Shown here piece after piece: positions 5,585-8,325 of a DNA stretch of 8,325 nt; positions within the stretch are counted from its first letter, which is position 1, and each line of letters starts with the position of its first letter. The stretch is from a virus. Its lineage: Duplodnaviria; Heunggongvirae; Uroviricota; Caudoviricetes. The translations under genes and the position numbers were made by a program. The stretch covers positions 1 to 8,325 of the IMG/VR virus record IMGVR_UViG_2609460221_000006; one strand, given 5' to 3'. The notes below the pieces were generated by a model. It searched no databases, was not told where the DNA came from, and saw only the letters and a program-made list of their open reading frames with translations.

Positions 5585-5974
5585 ATGCCTGGGCGCATCC
5601 GGACGGCGAAAAAAGTACCGGCTGCGAAAATTACCAAAGCGTATTTCGAGCTGGGAATGACGTTCCCGGAACTGTATGACGACAGCCATCCGGAAGCCCT
5701 GGCCCGTAATACCCAGAAAATTTTCCGTTGGCTGGATAAAGACACCCCTGATGCTGTTGAAAAAATGCAGGCTCTGTTACCGGCGATCGAAAAGGCGATG
5801 CCGCCTTTGCTGGTGGCCCGTATGCGCAGCCACAGTTCTGAATATTACCGTGAGATCGTCGAACGGAGGGATCGGCTGGTGAAGGATGTCGATGATTTTG
5901 TTGCGTCAGCGGTTGTTTTGTATGACCAGATGAATCGCGGCGGCCCGGCAGGGAATGCTGTGGTGATGCACTAA
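5585..5974 (+). CDS. ydaT: YdaT-like (CII-analogue) protein; longest intact frame shown, native start probably ATG 5548 with a frameshift in an A6 run
   Basis: The 129-aa ORF from ATG 5585 has no Shine-Dalgarno and begins right after an in-frame TGA. ATG 5548 has a strong GAGGCGGGGG RBS and overlaps the cro-like stop; it encodes MKIKHEHIRMAMNAWAHPDGEK and then leaves the frame at the A6 run 5609-5614. One A fewer would give a ~140-aa product, the size I recall for YdaT. The gene name is by synteny with Rac ydaS-ydaT. Confidence 0.6.
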   Translation: MPGRIRTAKKVPAAKITKAYFELGMTFPELYDDSHPEALARNTQKIFRWLDKDTPDAVEKMQALLPAIEKAMPPLLVARMRSHSSEYYREIVERRDRLVKDVDDFVASAVVLYDQMNRGGPAGNAVVMH

Positions 5975-5996
5975 AAGCACGGTGTTCGGGGGTTTT

Positions 5997-6959
5997 ATGA
6001 GCAGCAAGCTTCATGGTCTTGTCTGGGAAGGGTGCGCCTTCACCGGCATGATCTTATCCAGGGTGGCGGTTATGGCCCGTCTTGCAGACTACAGCAATGA
6101 CGAGGGCGTGTCATGGCCTGCCATTGAAACTATCCGGCGTCAGATCGGTGCAAGAAGTGAATCCACAGTGAAATCGGCTATTGCAGAACTGGCGAAAGAG
6201 GGCTGGCTGACGAAGGAAGAGCGTAAGGTCGGTGGGCGTAATGTAAGCAATATCTATCGGCTTAATGTGGAAAAACTCGAAGCAGCTGCGGCGGCGGCGC
6301 GTGAGTCATATAAACCGAAAAGAAAAATTAGCCCGGCAAAAAATGACCCGTTAACAGTTGACCCGTCAAATATTGCCCCCTCAACGGTTGACCCGTCAAA
6401 TTTTGATGGATCAACTGTTGATAAAAAACTGCCGATTAGGGGGGCGATGATTGACCCCGATCCGTCAGTATTAAAACCTGATCCGTCAGATAAAAGATCT
6501 TCTTGTCCGGACGCTTCGCAACCGGACCCGCAGACGGCTGAACAGGATTTTTTAACCCGACACCCTGACGCGGTTGTGTTCAGTGCGAAAAAACGCCAGT
6601 GGGGAAGTCAGGAAGATTTGGTGTGCGCACAGTGGATCTGGGGACGAATCGTGAGTCTTTACGAGCAGGCGGCCAGCTATGATGGCGAGATCACTAGACC
6701 GAAAGAACCCAACTGGACAGCATGGGCCAATGACGTTCGCACAATGCGGATGCTGGATGGCAGAACTCACAGACAAATTTGTGAAATGTTTGGGCGTCTC
6801 CAGCGGGATTCGTTCTGGGTAAAAAACATCATGAGTCCGGCAAAACTCCGGGAAAAATGGGATGAACTGGTTATCCGCCTGGGGCGTTCGCCTGCGCAGC
6901 GTTGCGTGAATCACATTTCTGAACCGGACACTGAAATACCGCCGGGATTCAGGGGGTGA
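5997..6959 (+). CDS. Replication initiator, lambda O analogue (YdaU-like), with origin iterons inside the gene
   Basis: 321-aa ORF from ATG 5997 (GGGGG upstream); GTG 5982 is an alternative start. N-terminal winged-helix-like region ...VSWPAIETIRRQIGARSESTVKSAIAELAKEGWL. The central coding region carries tandem DNA repeats that encode the repeated TVDPSN / DPS peptides. Sits between the cII-like gene and the DnaC-like loader. Confidence 0.7.
   Translation: MSSKLHGLVWEGCAFTGMILSRVAVMARLADYSNDEGVSWPAIETIRRQIGARSESTVKSAIAELAKEGWLTKEERKVGGRNVSNIYRLNVEKLEAAAAAARESYKPKRKISPAKNDPLTVDPSNIAPSTVDPSNFDGSTVDKKLPIRGAMIDPDPSVLKPDPSDKRSSCPDASQPDPQTAEQDFLTRHPDAVVFSAKKRQWGSQEDLVCAQWIWGRIVSLYEQAASYDGEITRPKEPNWTAWANDVRTMRMLDGRTHRQICEMFGRLQRDSFWVKNIMSPAKLREKWDELVIRLGRSPAQRCVNHISEPDTEIPPGFRG
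6356..6489. repeat. Iteron cluster: putative replication origin within the O-like gene
   Basis: AGTTGACCCGTCAAAT at 6356-6371 and GGTTGACCCGTCAAAT at 6386-6401 (each containing the inverted pair TTGAC/GTCAA), TGTTGATAAAAAA at 6417-6429, and GATCCGTCAG at 6458-6467 and 6480-6489. Iterons inside the initiator gene are the lambda ori arrangement. Confidence 0.55.
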
Positions 6960-6965
6960 CGTGTC

Positions 6966-7712
6966 ATGAAAAACATTGCGGCAGTTGGGGTTCTTGAACG
7001 TATTCGCAGACTTGCACCACAGGGGTCGGTTCCACCGTACCGGACGGTGGAGGAGTGGCGGGAATGGCAACTTGCTGAAGGACGAAAACGCAGCGAGGAG
7101 ATTAACCGCCAGAATCGCCAGTTGCGGGTGGAAAAAATCCTGAATCGTTCGGGCATCCAGCCTCTGCACAGCAAATGCTCGTTTGCAAATTATCAGGTGC
7201 AGAACGACGGGCAAAAATACGCGCTGAGCCAGGCCAAATCCATAGCTGACGAACTGATGACCGGGTGCACGAATTTTGTGTTCAGCGGTAAAACCGGCAC
7301 CGGGAAAAATCACCTTGCAGCGGCGATGGGCAACCGGCTGATGGTGAAGGGGCGCAGCGTGATTATCGTCACCGTGTCTGACGTCATGAGCGTGTTGCAT
7401 GACAGCTACGACAACGGCAAATCCGGGGAAAAATTTTTACAGGAGCTTTGCGGGGTTGATTTGCTGGTCCTGGATGAAATAGGCGTTCAGCGGGAGACGA
7501 AAAACGAGCAGGTGGTATTGCACCAGATAATTGATCGCCGGACAGCATCACTGTGCAGTGTCGGGATGTTAACAAACCTGAATCATGCCGCAATGAGTAC
7601 GCTTCTTGGTGAGAGGATTATGGACCGCATGACCATGAACGGTGGTCGATGGGTGACGTTTAACTGGGATAGCTGGCGTCCAAATGTCAGCAATATGAGG
7701 GTTGTGAAGTAA
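6966..7712 (+). CDS. ydaV: DnaC-like helicase loader / IstB-like AAA+ ATPase, 248 aa (YdaV-like)
   Basis: Walker A FSGKTGTGKNHLAAAMG and Walker B DLLVLDEIG. AGGGGG Shine-Dalgarno before ATG 6966, which follows the O-like stop by 6 nt. Confidence 0.85.
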   Translation: MKNIAAVGVLERIRRLAPQGSVPPYRTVEEWREWQLAEGRKRSEEINRQNRQLRVEKILNRSGIQPLHSKCSFANYQVQNDGQKYALSQAKSIADELMTGCTNFVFSGKTGTGKNHLAAAMGNRLMVKGRSVIIVTVSDVMSVLHDSYDNGKSGEKFLQELCGVDLLVLDEIGVQRETKNEQVVLHQIIDRRTASLCSVGMLTNLNHAAMSTLLGERIMDRMTMNGGRWVTFNWDSWRPNVSNMRVVK

Positions 7713-7733
7713 TTTTGTCCGGAGGAAATTTTA

Positions 7734-8325
7734 ATGGAAACCGTATCTGACGCACTGAAAGCACTGAAAAAAGCCTCTTCACATGTGGTGGCAGCTCGCC
7801 TTGGAATCAGTCGTGAAGAGGCTGTCAACGAGCTGTGGGAACTCAAAAGAAAAGGCGTCGTTGATAAAACTGGTCACACCTGGTTTCTGGCTGGCGAAGG
7901 TGAATCCCGGGTAACCGAAGAGCGGCCAGTAAAATCTGAAGCACAGGATATGCTGACCGGGGAGGTCGAACAAAAAGTTACCGCAGACATGATGATTGAG
8001 TTTATCGGTCAGGATGGGGCTAAAACGTGTGAGGAACTGGCGGGTAAGTTCAGTGTCAGTACTCGCAAGGTTGCTTCCACGCTGGCGGTGGTAACCGCAA
8101 CGGGGCGGCTGGCACGCGTTAATCAGAACGGTAAATTTCGTTACTGCATGCCGGGCGATAATTTACCAGCAGAGCCGAAAGCCGCGCTGGTAACGGAAAG
8201 TGATGGTAAGGCCTTTCCTCAGCCAGCAGGTGCTGCGTTACCAGTCCGGGAAGCCGCAACACAGGAAGAAATTAAAACAGAAACTGTGGCGGACATTGTG
8301 CAGCCGTTGCCATCGTTTACCGAAA
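7734..8325 (+). CDS. Hypothetical prophage protein, partial (runs off the right edge), with two winged-helix-like segments
   Basis: GGAGGA Shine-Dalgarno 7 nt before ATG 7734; frame open to the window end (197 codons), so it is absent from the ORF track. Translation METVSDALKALKKASSHVVAARLGISREEAVNELWELKRKGVVDK...CEELAGKFSVSTRKVASTLAVVTATGRLARV. Corresponds in position to the gene after ydaV in Rac. Confidence 0.6.
   Translation, partial: METVSDALKALKKASSHVVAARLGISREEAVNELWELKRKGVVDKTGHTWFLAGEGESRVTEERPVKSEAQDMLTGEVEQKVTADMMIEFIGQDGAKTCEELAGKFSVSTRKVASTLAVVTATGRLARVNQNGKFRYCMPGDNLPAEPKAALVTESDGKAFPQPAGAALPVREAATQEEIKTETVADIVQPLPSFTE

Larger units (their letters stand above)
1..8325. mobile_element. 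Lambdoid (Rac / CP-933P-like) prophage early region: left operon, immunity module, replication genes
   Basis: Gene order matches lambdoid architecture: recombination exonuclease and dicF/dicB on the minus strand, cI-like repressor divergent from a cro-like gene, then cII-like, O-like with iterons and a DnaC-like loader. No integrase or att site lies in the window, so prophage boundaries cannot be set. Confidence 0.8.

Noticed and set aside
5518-6014. ORFs 5518-5745 and 5631-6014 (minus) and 5676-5882 (plus) overlapping the ydaT-like gene
   Set aside because: Antisense or alternate-frame ORFs in GC-rich coding sequence; no RBS and Arg/Pro/Ser-rich translations.
6552-7973. Long 282-aa minus-strand ORF 6552-7400 and smaller minus ORFs 6911-7174, 7384-7593, 7583-7846, 7779-7973
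   Set aside because: They lie antisense to the O-like, DnaC-like and downstream genes. The sense strand has Walker A/B motifs and translational coupling, and the antisense translations are His/Arg/Pro-rich with no motifs.
1-8325. CRISPR arrays, tRNA or rRNA genes, integrase or att sites
   Set aside because: No regularly spaced repeat-spacer structure, no tRNA-like cloverleaf candidates and no recombinase-like ORF were seen; the window is internal to the prophage.

Overview
This window reads as the early-left / immunity / replication region of a lambdoid (Rac / CP-933P-like) cryptic prophage of an Escherichia-type enterobacterium. All identifications are from reading the sequence and from recalled protein families; no database search was run. 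Minus strand, a leftward operon: a YdfA-like small gene, an unknown 106-aa gene, a ~330-nt structured non-coding stretch, DicF sRNA, dicB, a YdfD-like small membrane protein, then a RecE-family exonuclease gene running off the left edge. Centre: a terminator, then parE2, paaA2 and a lambda-cI-like repressor (paaR2-like) on the minus strand, the position rexAB holds in lambda. Right: divergent cro-like ydaS, ydaT-like, an O-like initiator carrying internal iterons, a DnaC-like loader and a truncated downstream gene. Main hunt results: (1) an AT-rich island (3173-3746) with two convergent, 3'-overlapping genes of unknown function, the best candidate for an undescribed accessory system; (2) three genes (recE, paaR2-like, ydaT-like) each broken by a frameshift inside an A-run, which looks like homopolymer sequencing error, although real decay of a cryptic prophage is not excluded; (3) a 16-bp operator motif, AAATAG-N4-G(C/G)TATT, present twice left and twice right of the repressor operon.
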